Positions 38,766 to 48,411 of a stretch of DNA of 64,000 bases are shown here, piece after piece (the first letter of the stretch is position 1; the number at the start of each line of letters is the position of its first letter). The stretch is from an uncultured Spirochaetales bacterium (GTDB lineage Bacteria; Spirochaetota; Spirochaetia; JABEVK01): positions 9,272 through 73,271 of the forward strand of contig CAYYUZ010000002.1 in assembly GCA_964475005.1 (NCBI GenBank), given 5' to 3'. Made by a program: the position numbers and the translations under genes. The notes beneath the pieces were generated by a model that saw only the letters and a list, made by a program, of their open reading frames with translations, was not told where the DNA came from and ran no database searches.

Positions 38766-39698
38766 TTGTCTGGCCTTGCTTCTGAACATACGCTTGCAGC
38801 CTATACCCTCGGCACCGGCCCCACCGAGGGCTACCGACTCAACATCGCCGTGGCCGAAGGTCCCGATGCTTTGGCGCTGTATCGTCACGAAGGCAATTTC
38901 CGCTTCCTGATTTCTCCCAAGAGCCCCATTGAGCTGGAAACTGGCCGTGGTCGGCGCATTCTGGCGGCGCCGTGTCTTGTCTGGAACTGGGAAGGCCTGG
39001 TCCCTCCCCTCCAGGCCGATGCCACGGCTCTCAAGTTGATTTCCTTTCACCCCGATGTCGTCAACGGTCGTTTCACTTACGAACTGTTACGGTGCCAGGA
39101 AGGCCTGTCGGTGACCGAAAGCCAGGACCTCTACTTTATGGAACCGTTCCTGCAGGCCGCGGGCGACAAGGCCGGGTGTCTCGAACTGGCCTTTGCCGAG
39201 GCTCCTCATTTTCTCAAACTTTTTGACAACCTGAAGCTTTTGTTGGAACGGCACGATTTTGAAGGTTGGCCGTGTGAATCTCGCGCCACGGTGATCGAGT
39301 TGATGTTTGCCTTGCGCCGCCTGACCGATAGGATTCTGCCCGACACCCTCACCGAAACTCAGGATGAATTGGTCGGCCGGGTCGCCTTCGCCGTCCAAGC
39401 CCGCTTGTCCGAGGCCCTCCACGTGGTCGACTTGTCCCGGGAGTTCGCCACGAACCGGACGAGCCTGACCGAACGATTCCAAGCCGCCTACGGCTGCGGT
39501 GTCATTGAATTCCAGCGGGCCGCCCGGCTCAGAGCGGCCCAGGCCATGCTGAAAGACACCTTTCTACCCATTGACTCGATCATGCAGCGGGTCGGCTACA
39601 ACGATGCCAGCGCCTTCAGCCGCGCCTTCAAAGGCAACTACGGCTGCCCTCCCTCGGAGTATCGCAACCAGCATTCCTGGATGCTTGGTCGAAACTAG
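38766..39698 (+). CDS. AraC family transcriptional regulator
   Basis: C-terminal AraC HTH (GYNDASAFSRAFKGNYGCPPSEYR). TTG start in the ORF track, so start uncertain. Confidence 0.7.
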   Translation: MSGLASEHTLAAYTLGTGPTEGYRLNIAVAEGPDALALYRHEGNFRFLISPKSPIELETGRGRRILAAPCLVWNWEGLVPPLQADATALKLISFHPDVVNGRFTYELLRCQEGLSVTESQDLYFMEPFLQAAGDKAGCLELAFAEAPHFLKLFDNLKLLLERHDFEGWPCESRATVIELMFALRRLTDRILPDTLTETQDELVGRVAFAVQARLSEALHVVDLSREFATNRTSLTERFQAAYGCGVIEFQRAARLRAAQAMLKDTFLPIDSIMQRVGYNDASAFSRAFKGNYGCPPSEYRNQHSWMLGRN

Positions 39699-39873
39699 CG
39701 GAAGCAAAGGGCCGGTGGAAGCAACCCAGGCATCGGTTCCTCGTCGACAGGTCGATCAGAATTTGTTCGGGAGCACAGCCAGACTGTCGCCCGGCTCTCC
39801 CCCCGCGGCGCTTTCTCACCTCATGCTCTCATCACGGCTTGACGGACACAACGCTGGGCCAAGGAGGAGACCG

Positions 39874-40737
39874 ATGAAGCTACGCGCTTTCGCTTTTATA
39901 CTGACGGTTCTGACCGGAGTTTCGCTGGGAGTCAGTGCTGAAACCCCTACCCAATGGTCCAAGGTTCGCACGGTGAGTTTGACCTTTCCGGCTAATCTTG
40001 TCGGATTTTTCGACGATCACTTCGGCCTGACGGTCGGGTACGCCGGCGAAATCCACCAAAGCGTCGATGGGGGCAACACCTGGCCGAGGGTCCACAACAA
40101 TTCCGCGTGCCGCTTCGGTCTAGAAATTGTCGACCAGCAAACCGCCTTCCATTGCGGCAACCTCGGACAGGTCGGCAAGACCGTCGATGGGGGCCAGAAT
40201 TGGACTCGGATCGCCACCTTCAGCGGCAGCGAACCGGCCCACGCCCGCTACCTGAGTTTCTACGACCCTGAACATGGCTGGATCGCCACCCCCAGCAAAC
40301 TGGGTGCGAGCGAGAACGGTGGGACCAGTTGGACCCCGGTGCCCCTCCCCAAAGGAATGGGTAAAATTCTGGCAATCGCGCGGCTGGATCTGCAGTCGGG
40401 GGCCGTCTTTGACGCGGCCGGCGTCCTCTGGCAAACCACCGATGCCGGCGCCAACTGGAACAAGACTCAGGCCGTGACCGATCCGTTCAGCAACACAGTA
40501 GAGTTTGCGGCCGTGGCCTGCCTGCGTTTGAGCGATTGGGCGCACGCGACGCTGGTGTACTATCGTTTGGGCGACCAGCCAAGCTGGATTGTCCGACAGA
40601 GTTCCGATGGTGGAAAAACCTGGACCGATCAGGCGATTGAAGGCCCTTACGCCAACCCCTGGCTGGATCGCACGGCGCACTTTTTGACCACCACCGACTC
40701 AATCAAGAAAGAGGTGACGGTGTTCGAATTGAAGTAG
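39874..40737 (+). CDS. secreted BNR/Asp-box repeat protein (Ycf48/sialidase-like beta-propeller)
   Basis: Signal peptide MKLRAFAFILTVLTGVSLGVSA. Five S-x-D-x-G-x-T-W repeats (SVDGGNTW, TVDGGQNW, SENGGTSW, TTDAGANW, SSDGGKTW). AAGGAGG RBS before ATG 39874. Confidence 0.75.
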   Translation: MKLRAFAFILTVLTGVSLGVSAETPTQWSKVRTVSLTFPANLVGFFDDHFGLTVGYAGEIHQSVDGGNTWPRVHNNSACRFGLEIVDQQTAFHCGNLGQVGKTVDGGQNWTRIATFSGSEPAHARYLSFYDPEHGWIATPSKLGASENGGTSWTPVPLPKGMGKILAIARLDLQSGAVFDAAGVLWQTTDAGANWNKTQAVTDPFSNTVEFAAVACLRLSDWAHATLVYYRLGDQPSWIVRQSSDGGKTWTDQAIEGPYANPWLDRTAHFLTTTDSIKKEVTVFELK

Positions 40738-40767
40738 GGCCGCGCTGGGACAACTGGGTGTCAGGAT

Positions 40768-41892
40768 CTAATAATCCGCCACGGGCACCCAGCGCTGGTC
40801 GAGCGCAGAAGCGTAGGCCGCGTCCATCACGAGGTTGTTGCGCAAACCATCCTCGATGCCGGGGCTGGGGGGTGTGCGTTCGATGACGGATTTCAGGAAC
40901 TGGTACTGGTTTTCCGCGTGCGTTCTCTCCCAGCCGAGGATGGCCCTGGCGGGCGGCACAATGGCTCCCTCGTAGGTTTGAATCGTTTCAAGTCGCGTCC
41001 AGCCCGCCTCTCCGGATTTTCGCGTGGCGTCGAACCAGTACAGCCAGTTGGCGTCCATCAAGTCGAAGCGAAACGCCCCCTTGGAGCCCTCCACGATCAA
41101 ACGCAGATCGTCGGCCGAACCTGTGGCAAAACGCGAAACCGTCAGCGTGCCCGTGGCCCCGTTCTTCATCGTCGCCTGAATCCAAGCGGCGTCGTCAACG
41201 TCAACGGGTCCGGTCTCCGGGGCTCCTTTGAAGAGCGGTCGCTGGGTGATGTAGGTCTTGGTCGTGGCCGAGACCTCGGCAAATTCGCCGACAAGGAAGC
41301 GGACCAAGTCGATGATGTGCGAGCCGAGATCCATGATTGCCCCGCCCCCGGAACTTTCGCGCTTCATCCGCCAACTGAGCGGCCGTGAAGCGTCCTGGTA
41401 GCCTGTGTGCAGGTACTCGGCGTGAAAGCGGTAAATCTCCCCAAGGGCCCCCGACTCGACGAGCCTGCGGGCCTTTTGGATGGCAGGCACAAACCTGTAG
41501 TTGAAGGTCATGCCAAGAGTCCCTGTCGACGAGGCCGCGAGGGCCGCGAGTTCGCGGGCCTCCTTTCCTGTCAATGCCAACGGCTTCTCACAATAGATGC
41601 TCTTCCCGGCCCGCAACGTGGCAAAAACCGCCTCCTTGTGGGCGTCGTTGGGGAGCACGCAGTCGACGACGTGGACCTCAGGGTCGTTCACCATTTCCTG
41701 AAGGTTGGTGTACGCCTTTGTGAAACCCCCGTCGGCAGCGGCTGCCTGAGCACTCTTCTGGGAGCGCGTACACACGGCCGCCAGACGGTAGCGGGGAAAA
41801 CTCGGGTAGTAACTGGGAATGCTTCTGTAGGCCAAAGTGTGGAGCTTGCCGATGCCCCCGTAGCCCGCCAGGCCAATACCAAGTGTTGTCAT
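40768..41892 (-). CDS. Gfo/Idh/MocA family NAD(P)-dependent oxidoreductase
   Basis: N-terminal Rossmann fold LGIGLAGYGGIGKLH and characteristic Gfo/Idh/MocA layout (EKPLALT...). Confidence 0.85.
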   Translation of the reverse strand: MTTLGIGLAGYGGIGKLHTLAYRSIPSYYPSFPRYRLAAVCTRSQKSAQAAAADGGFTKAYTNLQEMVNDPEVHVVDCVLPNDAHKEAVFATLRAGKSIYCEKPLALTGKEARELAALAASSTGTLGMTFNYRFVPAIQKARRLVESGALGEIYRFHAEYLHTGYQDASRPLSWRMKRESSGGGAIMDLGSHIIDLVRFLVGEFAEVSATTKTYITQRPLFKGAPETGPVDVDDAAWIQATMKNGATGTLTVSRFATGSADDLRLIVEGSKGAFRFDLMDANWLYWFDATRKSGEAGWTRLETIQTYEGAIVPPARAILGWERTHAENQYQFLKSVIERTPPSPGIEDGLRNNLVMDAAYASALDQRWVPVADY

Positions 41893-41901
41893 GGGAGTTC
41901 C

Positions 41902-42696
41902 TTAGACCAGACCGGACGCATTCCGGTACTTTGCCGAGGCTTCATCCATGGTTGCCTTCAATTCCTTCACGGCCCGGGCGATGTCGCCGGCCCCAGGCTC
42001 AAAACGGCCTTTCGGACCCTTCATAAGCGGCGAGGAGAATTCGCCAACGGTCATGCCGGCCGCGATGAACTCACCGACGTTCTTTTTGTTTAGGCCGCCG
42101 TCTTCCATCACGTCGAGGTCGCCCTCGCGACCAGCGGCGACCACCATCGCGTGGAGCCGACGGATGTTGTCGAGCATGATGGGGTCCATGGTGTGGGGGC
42201 TGGCCGCGCCCGACAAGGGTTTCCAGAACGGGGCCTTGCTCTCGTACTCGATGATATCCACAAAAGGGATGTATTGTTCAAAGGAGACGAGGGGGGTTCC
42301 CTGCCAGGCCCAGACTCCCACCTTCATCCCTAAAGTTTCCTTAACCATAAGGACCTGCTGCATGAGCATTTCGCCAGTCGTTTCAATGGGAAGACTAACA
42401 AGGTCGGCACCGAGGTCCTTCAATTGACGCAAAAGGTCGAAATTGGGTCTCATCATCTGAAGCTGAACTTCGATCTCAAGCTTGGTGTGCCGTCTGATTC
42501 CTTCCAAGATGTCGATTCCGCCGCGGGGAGCCGAGAAGTCCATGTACTTGCCGTCGCGCATTTCAATGTGGATCCAGTCCGCGCCGCCGGCTTCAAGTTC
42601 CTTGACCGTGTCGGCAAGATTTCCGTAGTCGGCCCAGAACAGCCCAGCCGCAATCTTGGCGTGTTTCCCCACTTTTCCAATCCTAGAATCGCCCAT
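41902..42696 (-). CDS. ribulose-phosphate 3-epimerase family protein (divergent, RPE/allulose-6-P epimerase-like TIM barrel)
   Basis: KIAAGLFWADYGNLADTVKELEAGGADWIHIEMRDGKY parallels the RPE N-terminus; C-terminal EDGGLN motif. ATG 42696 with GGAGG RBS. Confidence 0.65.
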   Translation of the reverse strand: MGDSRIGKVGKHAKIAAGLFWADYGNLADTVKELEAGGADWIHIEMRDGKYMDFSAPRGGIDILEGIRRHTKLEIEVQLQMMRPNFDLLRQLKDLGADLVSLPIETTGEMLMQQVLMVKETLGMKVGVWAWQGTPLVSFEQYIPFVDIIEYESKAPFWKPLSGAASPHTMDPIMLDNIRRLHAMVVAAGREGDLDVMEDGGLNKKNVGEFIAAGMTVGEFSSPLMKGPKGRFEPGAGDIARAVKELKATMDEASAKYRNASGLV

Positions 42697-42839
42697 CCCA
42701 GAGCCTCCAATGCGCCAAAGGCTAATCCGAAGCAGGGACGCTGTCAAGCAAAATGTTCGTTTATTCAGATATACGAAAGCTATTTCATTTCACTTGAAGT
42801 CATGATATTCTTCATTTGTCGACATTTGGAGGGCAATCG

Positions 42840-43799
42840 ATGAGTTCACTTCTTTGTGGAGTAGACCTGGGAGGCACCAAACTCAGCGTGGGATTGGTGA
42901 AAGAAACCGGTGAAGTTCTAGACCAGGTGACGGTCTACGATCACAGCAAGAAGGCGCCAGACCTTATCTTGGAGGAGATCGCTAACCTTGTGCGGCAGCT
43001 GCTTGCCAACCATGGACTGGGCGAAAAGGACCTGCGCGGCATCGGTGTGGCCACCGCGGGTCACCTCAGGTATCGCGACGGAGTTCTGATTACAATGTCG
43101 AACCTGGAAGGCTTCCGCCAGTATCCCATCCGCGACAAAATGGCAGCCCATTTTTCGGTGCCCATCGAAGTCGACAACGACGCCAACGCGCAGGCCTACG
43201 CCGAGTACAAGTTTGGGGCCGGCCGGGGCTACCAGGACATGATCTTCATGACCCTCAGCACCCAGATCGGCGCCGGTATCGTTTTGGGGGGCCAGCTGTT
43301 TCGGGGAATGACGGGGACCGCGGGAGAAATCGGCCACACCATTGTCGACCCCCACAGCGACCTCGTCTGCCCCTGCGGCAACCGGGGCTGCCTGATCGCC
43401 GTGGCTTCGGGCGTTTCGCTTCCCGCGATTGTTACCAAAAAGCTGAGCTCGGGGTTGGTTTCCAAAAGGATTTCGCTGGAGACTCTCGCCTCGACGGTGA
43501 TCGACGGCAACTTTATCCGCGAAGGATTGGCCCAAGGCGATCCGCTATGCCAAAGCGTGGTCGCCGATTACGCCGGGTCCATAGGAATCGGCATCTACAA
43601 CCTGTTCCAGATCTTCAACCCTGAAGCCGTAGTTCTTGGCGGCGGCTTGACCCAGTGGGGTGCGCCGCTTTTTGAGGGAATTCGCAACCGGGTCCGAGAA
43701 CTGGCCCGCGACATGATGTTCGATCCGATGGCCATCCTTGAGGGGACAGTCGCCAACTCAGGGCTGGTCGGGGCGGCGTCTCTGGTGTCCAAAAAATGA
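42840..43799 (+). CDS. ROK family sugar kinase (glucokinase / N-acetylglucosamine kinase-like)
   Basis: LLCGVDLGGTKLSVGLV and ROK zinc motif CPCGNRGCLIAVASG. GGAGGG RBS before ATG 42840. Confidence 0.85.
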   Translation: MSSLLCGVDLGGTKLSVGLVKETGEVLDQVTVYDHSKKAPDLILEEIANLVRQLLANHGLGEKDLRGIGVATAGHLRYRDGVLITMSNLEGFRQYPIRDKMAAHFSVPIEVDNDANAQAYAEYKFGAGRGYQDMIFMTLSTQIGAGIVLGGQLFRGMTGTAGEIGHTIVDPHSDLVCPCGNRGCLIAVASGVSLPAIVTKKLSSGLVSKRISLETLASTVIDGNFIREGLAQGDPLCQSVVADYAGSIGIGIYNLFQIFNPEAVVLGGGLTQWGAPLFEGIRNRVRELARDMMFDPMAILEGTVANSGLVGAASLVSKK

Positions 43800-45277
43800 A
43801 CCTGCGTTTCGACATCGTCATTGTGGGCTCGGGTCTCGGTGGCTCGGCGGCCGCCAAGGTTCTGCAGGAGACAGGGCGGTCCATCCTTATCCTTGAACGG
43901 GGCGACTACGTCAAACAGGAAAAGGCGAATTGGGATGTCATCGAAGTCTCGGTCAAACGGCGCTACGACTCTCCAGAGAAATGGATCGACGGTAACGGGA
44001 AGGAATTCAGCCCACGCACCTACTACAACGTGGGGGGAAGCACCAAGTTCTACGGAGGAACGGCGCTGAGGTTCCGGGAATCGGACTTTGCGGCCCGGAC
44101 TCTGGGGGAAGGAAGGACGGTGGCGTGGCCGTTTTCCTACGATGAGCTGAGGCCTTGGTACGATCAGGCCGAGAGACTCCTTGAGGTTCACGGCCAAACC
44201 GGCGAGGACCCCACAGAGCCGCCGCGGGGTCCCTTTCCCTTCCCTCCCCTCGAGCAAGAGCCCGTTATCGCCACGCTGGCCGAGCGGTTGCGAAGTCAAG
44301 GCCTCCACCCCATCCATTTGCCTATCGCCGTCGACCAAGGGGGCAAGGGTCGTTGCATCAAGGGCAGTCCTTGCGACGGGTTTCCTTGCCTGTACCGAGC
44401 CAAGGGCGACGCGGAAAACCGCCTTTTGCGCCCCCTGCTCTTAAAGAAACCCGCCAACGTCACGTTGTGGACCAACGCCCTGGTCGAACGGCTCGAAACT
44501 GGCCCGAGCGGTGCGGTCACTTCGGTCCTGGTGGTTCGAAACGGTGAACGGGTCGAGGTGGAAGGCGGTGTCTTTATCCTATCGGCGGGTGCAGTGAATT
44601 CGGCAGCCCTTCTGCTGAAATCCAAGAGCCCTCGGCACCCCAATGGCCTAGCCAACGGCTCCGATCAGGTGGGGCGGAATTTCATGTCGCACAACAATAC
44701 GGTTCTGCTGGCTCTCTCGCCCTGGCGCAAGAATCCGACGGAGTTTCAGAAGACTCTGACCATTCACGACTTCTACGAGTGGGGGACGATTCAATGCCGA
44801 GGCAAGGTCAAGCCGGAAATGCTGCAGAGCAAGAACGCCTGGGCGCTTCGAACCTTTCGCAAGGCCATTGCGGCCCGAAGCGTGGACTTTTGGGTGATGT
44901 CGGAGGACCTTCCCGACCCTTCCAACCGAGTGACCGTGGACGACGAGGGGCGAATCCACCTGACCCGAAAGGCCACCAACCTCGCGGCGCATCGCGCCTT
45001 GGTCACAAGGGCCAAGAGCATGCTGGCGAAAGCCGGCCTTCCTCTGTGCTTTGTCGACGAGCGCGGCATCAACGCCATCCAGCACCAGTGCGGAACAGTC
45101 CGCATGGGCGACGATCCTCGTACCTCGGTGCTCGACCCGTGGTGCCGAAGCCATGAAGTCGAGAACCTCTACGTGATCGACGCAGGCTTCTTTCCTTCTT
45201 CTGCGGCGGTCAATCCGGCCCTGACGGTCCTAGCCCAGGCCCTGAGGGCGGCCGAGCACCTGAAAAGGTCGTTCTAG
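43796..45277 (+). CDS. GMC family FAD-dependent oxidoreductase (second copy)
   Basis: FDIVIVGSGLGGSAAAKVL Rossmann fold, 493 aa. Start overlaps the ROK stop. Confidence 0.8.
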   Translation: MNLRFDIVIVGSGLGGSAAAKVLQETGRSILILERGDYVKQEKANWDVIEVSVKRRYDSPEKWIDGNGKEFSPRTYYNVGGSTKFYGGTALRFRESDFAARTLGEGRTVAWPFSYDELRPWYDQAERLLEVHGQTGEDPTEPPRGPFPFPPLEQEPVIATLAERLRSQGLHPIHLPIAVDQGGKGRCIKGSPCDGFPCLYRAKGDAENRLLRPLLLKKPANVTLWTNALVERLETGPSGAVTSVLVVRNGERVEVEGGVFILSAGAVNSAALLLKSKSPRHPNGLANGSDQVGRNFMSHNNTVLLALSPWRKNPTEFQKTLTIHDFYEWGTIQCRGKVKPEMLQSKNAWALRTFRKAIAARSVDFWVMSEDLPDPSNRVTVDDEGRIHLTRKATNLAAHRALVTRAKSMLAKAGLPLCFVDERGINAIQHQCGTVRMGDDPRTSVLDPWCRSHEVENLYVIDAGFFPSSAAVNPALTVLAQALRAAEHLKRSF

Positions 45278-46020
45278 ACCTTCAAAACGATGATTCCTGA
45301 CTCCTGCAAGAATCGAAAGTCGGGCTCGGGGATGCCAGTGTCGGTGATGACCGTGTGGATGCTTGTGTTCTCGCCGCAAATGGGCGCCAAATGTGCAGCC
45401 CCAAACTTGCTCGAATCGGTCAGAATGTAGCTCGCGGCTCCCTTGGAAAGGATGGCCTGAGTGATCTCGGCGCGAAGCGAATCGTTGAGGGTGAAGCCCG
45501 TTGTCTGGGTGAAACCTGTGACTCCGAGAAAACACTTGGAAAACGTGAGTTCTGCTAGGGCGTTTTTCGTCACCGAGCCGACAAAGCTTTCGCTACTCTC
45601 TTGGTAGAAACCGCCCAAGACAATGACGCGGGTACCGCTGGCACGAAACAGCCGCGCGATAAAGAGGTTCGACGTGATGACCGTGAGGTTGCGCAGATCC
45701 TTGATCCTCTCGGCAAGGATGGACACCGTTGAACCGGCCTCAAGGAGGATGGTATCACCGGGTTCGATGAACGTTGCCGCCGCTCGGGCGATGCGAGACT
45801 TGTCTTCGAACCGGGAGCCCATGCGGAAGGGAATCTCGTCACCCTCAAACGCCCGCGCCTCGCCGTGAAACCTGCGGACCAACATCTTCTTTTCAAGCGC
45901 CGAGAGAGTCTTGCGGATCGTGACCCCCGAGACGCCAAGCTCGGCGGCGAGATCCAGAACCTTCTTCGGTCCGCCCCGCAACACAAGGTCGGCCACTTGG
46001 GATTCCAGGTCGCGTTTCAT
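45274..46020 (-). CDS. DeoR family transcriptional regulator (second copy)
   Basis: DeoR HTH LVLRGGPKKVLDLAAELGVSGVTIRKTLSALEKKMLV. ATG 46020 overlaps the GRE2 stop (ATGA). Confidence 0.85.
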   Translation of the reverse strand: MKRDLESQVADLVLRGGPKKVLDLAAELGVSGVTIRKTLSALEKKMLVRRFHGEARAFEGDEIPFRMGSRFEDKSRIARAAATFIEPGDTILLEAGSTVSILAERIKDLRNLTVITSNLFIARLFRASGTRVIVLGGFYQESSESFVGSVTKNALAELTFSKCFLGVTGFTQTTGFTLNDSLRAEITQAILSKGAASYILTDSSKFGAAHLAPICGENTSIHTVITDTGIPEPDFRFLQESGIIVLKV

Positions 46021-48407
46021 CAGAGTCTGTGTTCCGTCCGCGCAATGATGTCGTCTTGAGTGTCCGAAGCCAGGTCTCGGAAAAAGGCCGAGTACCCGGC
46101 CACACGAACAACAAGATCGCGGTACTTCTCGGGGTCCTTCTTGGCCGCGATCAGGGTCTCGCGCGAAACGATGTTGTACTGCACGTGCCACCCCCCCAAG
46201 TCGTCGAAGAAGGTCCGGATCAGCGCTTCAAGTTTCAATTTGTCGTTGGGCGTTTCAAGAGACTTGGGCGAGAGTTTTTGGTTGAGCAGGACACCGCCGA
46301 AGATCCGCCCAGCGGGAAGTTTGCCGATCGACTTGAAGACCGCGGTGGGTCCCAGAAGATCGGTGCCCGACGACGGGGAGCAGCCTTCGGCCAGAGGAGT
46401 TCCTGCATGACGGCCGTCGGCGGTGGCCCCGACTTCTGAACCCGACGGAACGTTGGAGGAAATGCTCGACGTTCCGGGGTAGTAGCCGCCGCCGATGGGT
46501 CCCCTCCCCCAACGCGTGTTGTGAAGTTTCTCGATCTGGTCGGCAAAGTACCCGTAGGCCTCCACTACTAAGGCGTCGACTTCGTCGTTGTCATTGCCGA
46601 ACTTGGGGGCCCCGTTGAGAAGCCGTTGCCTGAGGATCTCCCCCTGGGGACCCGCAAAATCGTTGGCCAGTGCGTCGAGCAGTTCCTGACGGCCGATGAC
46701 GCCTTCTTCGAAGACAAGTTTCTTCACCGCGGCCAGGGCGTTGCCCAAATTGGCGACGCCAACCTGCAGGCCTGAAACCCAGTCGTAAACCGCGCCCCCC
46801 TCCTTGAGGTGCTTTCCGCGGGCGATACAGTCGTCGGTGAAGACAGAGCACAGAACATCGGGAACAAGCTCTTCGAGCGCCGTGTCGACCGCGACATCGA
46901 TGGCAACCGTGGCCCGGGCGTAGAACTGCACCTGTTTCTTCCAGGCTTCCATCAACGCCCCGAAGTCGGCAAAGTCAGCCAGTTTCCCCGTTCCCGCCAG
47001 GAAGGTCATTCCCGTCTCGGGATCACGGCCATCCTGGAGCGCGAGATTGAAAACCCTCATGAAGTTCAGAAAGCTCATGCCGGTGGTGCGGTAGCCCCAC
47101 TTGCCGGGAACCGCCACCTCGATACAACCGATGGCCGAGTAGTCGCGGGCGTCTTCCAAACTGACCCCCAAGCGGAGCATGCCGGGAATGACCACCTCGT
47201 CGTTGTTGAAGGCCGGCATGCCGAAGCCCTTCTCAATCACGCGTATTGAGGCGGCCAGGAACTCCGCGCTCGTGCCCGAATGGTACCGGATCGAGAGGTT
47301 GGGCTGAGTCAGCTTCATCTCACCGACAGACTCCAAGATGAGGAAACTGAGGGCATTGGTGGCGTCGTGGCCGTCAAGCCCGACTCCGCCGATCGTCACG
47401 TTTTGGTACAGAGGCCCGCCGGCCGACGTTCGTGTGTGCGACGCCGATCGAACCTTCTTGATCGAAGTCAGTTTGATCCACGTCCAGCAGAGTCCCTGTT
47501 TGGCGGTTTCGCGGTCGAGAGTTCCGGCCTTCAAGTCGCGGTCGTAGTACGGCCCCAAGTACTGGTCCAGACGCCCGAACGACAAAGAATGCCCGTTGGA
47601 CTCGATCTGCAGAACAATCTGCAAAAAGACGCAAAGCTGGAGCGCTTCAAAGAACGTTTGCGGAGGCTTGGTGGAGATGACCTCGCAGGTCTGAGCGATC
47701 TTCTTCAGCTCCTCAGCCCTTTGGGGATTGTTCTCGGCTACAGCCTGCTGACGCGCTAGCTCGGCGTACCTCTCGATATACCTCGAGAGCCCGCTGAGCG
47801 CATCGAGCATCGCAAGGTACAACTGACGCTTTTTGAGGTCGAAGAACGACGCGGGGTCAAGTTCGGCCAACGCCTTTTCAACCTTGCGCCTAGTCCCTCC
47901 TACCCCAAACTCCAAAGCCTTGCGGAGGTTGATCGCCACGTGCCCGTCTCCCGAGGTCATGTTCCCCTCGGCCTTGATGATCTTGGTGGCGTGAAGTTCC
48001 TCAAGCTCAGGAGACAACAAGGCGTGGGCACGCTCCTGCAGAGTTTTGCCCCGCCAGAACTGACAAATCTCCTTGAGTTCGGCCTTCTCTTGAGGCGTCC
48101 CGAGGTAGGCCTCCGCTGGACGTTTGTCGATGGTGTCGATTTCGCTGGCAAGCCAACCCACAGAGTATTCGGGAAAGATCGGCGCCGCCTTGGGTCGGGA
48201 GGAGTGGTTGCCGACGATGGTCTCGTCAGGCTCAATGAAGATGACCATCTCTTCAAGGGTTTTTCGCAGAGCGAGTCCCCTCCTCCGGACAATCGGCAAG
48301 GCCTCGTTCTCACGGTAGACACGGGTGTAGATGCGCGCCCGCTCCAGGCAGAGGCTTGCCTTTGTCGACAACATGCGGTCTTTGGCAAGCATCAGCTTCT
48401 CGCTCAT
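46020..48407 (-). CDS. glycyl radical enzyme, PFL2/eliminase clade (795 aa, second copy)
   Basis: Glycine-radical motif RVAGYSAFFRDL. Active-site Cys-Ile-Glu (SAIGCIEVAVPG). Confidence 0.9.
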   Translation of the reverse strand: MSEKLMLAKDRMLSTKASLCLERARIYTRVYRENEALPIVRRRGLALRKTLEEMVIFIEPDETIVGNHSSRPKAAPIFPEYSVGWLASEIDTIDKRPAEAYLGTPQEKAELKEICQFWRGKTLQERAHALLSPELEELHATKIIKAEGNMTSGDGHVAINLRKALEFGVGGTRRKVEKALAELDPASFFDLKKRQLYLAMLDALSGLSRYIERYAELARQQAVAENNPQRAEELKKIAQTCEVISTKPPQTFFEALQLCVFLQIVLQIESNGHSLSFGRLDQYLGPYYDRDLKAGTLDRETAKQGLCWTWIKLTSIKKVRSASHTRTSAGGPLYQNVTIGGVGLDGHDATNALSFLILESVGEMKLTQPNLSIRYHSGTSAEFLAASIRVIEKGFGMPAFNNDEVVIPGMLRLGVSLEDARDYSAIGCIEVAVPGKWGYRTTGMSFLNFMRVFNLALQDGRDPETGMTFLAGTGKLADFADFGALMEAWKKQVQFYARATVAIDVAVDTALEELVPDVLCSVFTDDCIARGKHLKEGGAVYDWVSGLQVGVANLGNALAAVKKLVFEEGVIGRQELLDALANDFAGPQGEILRQRLLNGAPKFGNDNDEVDALVVEAYGYFADQIEKLHNTRWGRGPIGGGYYPGTSSISSNVPSGSEVGATADGRHAGTPLAEGCSPSSGTDLLGPTAVFKSIGKLPAGRIFGGVLLNQKLSPKSLETPNDKLKLEALIRTFFDDLGGWHVQYNIVSRETLIAAKKDPEKYRDLVVRVAGYSAFFRDLASDTQDDIIARTEHRL

Positions 48408-48411
48408 CGTC

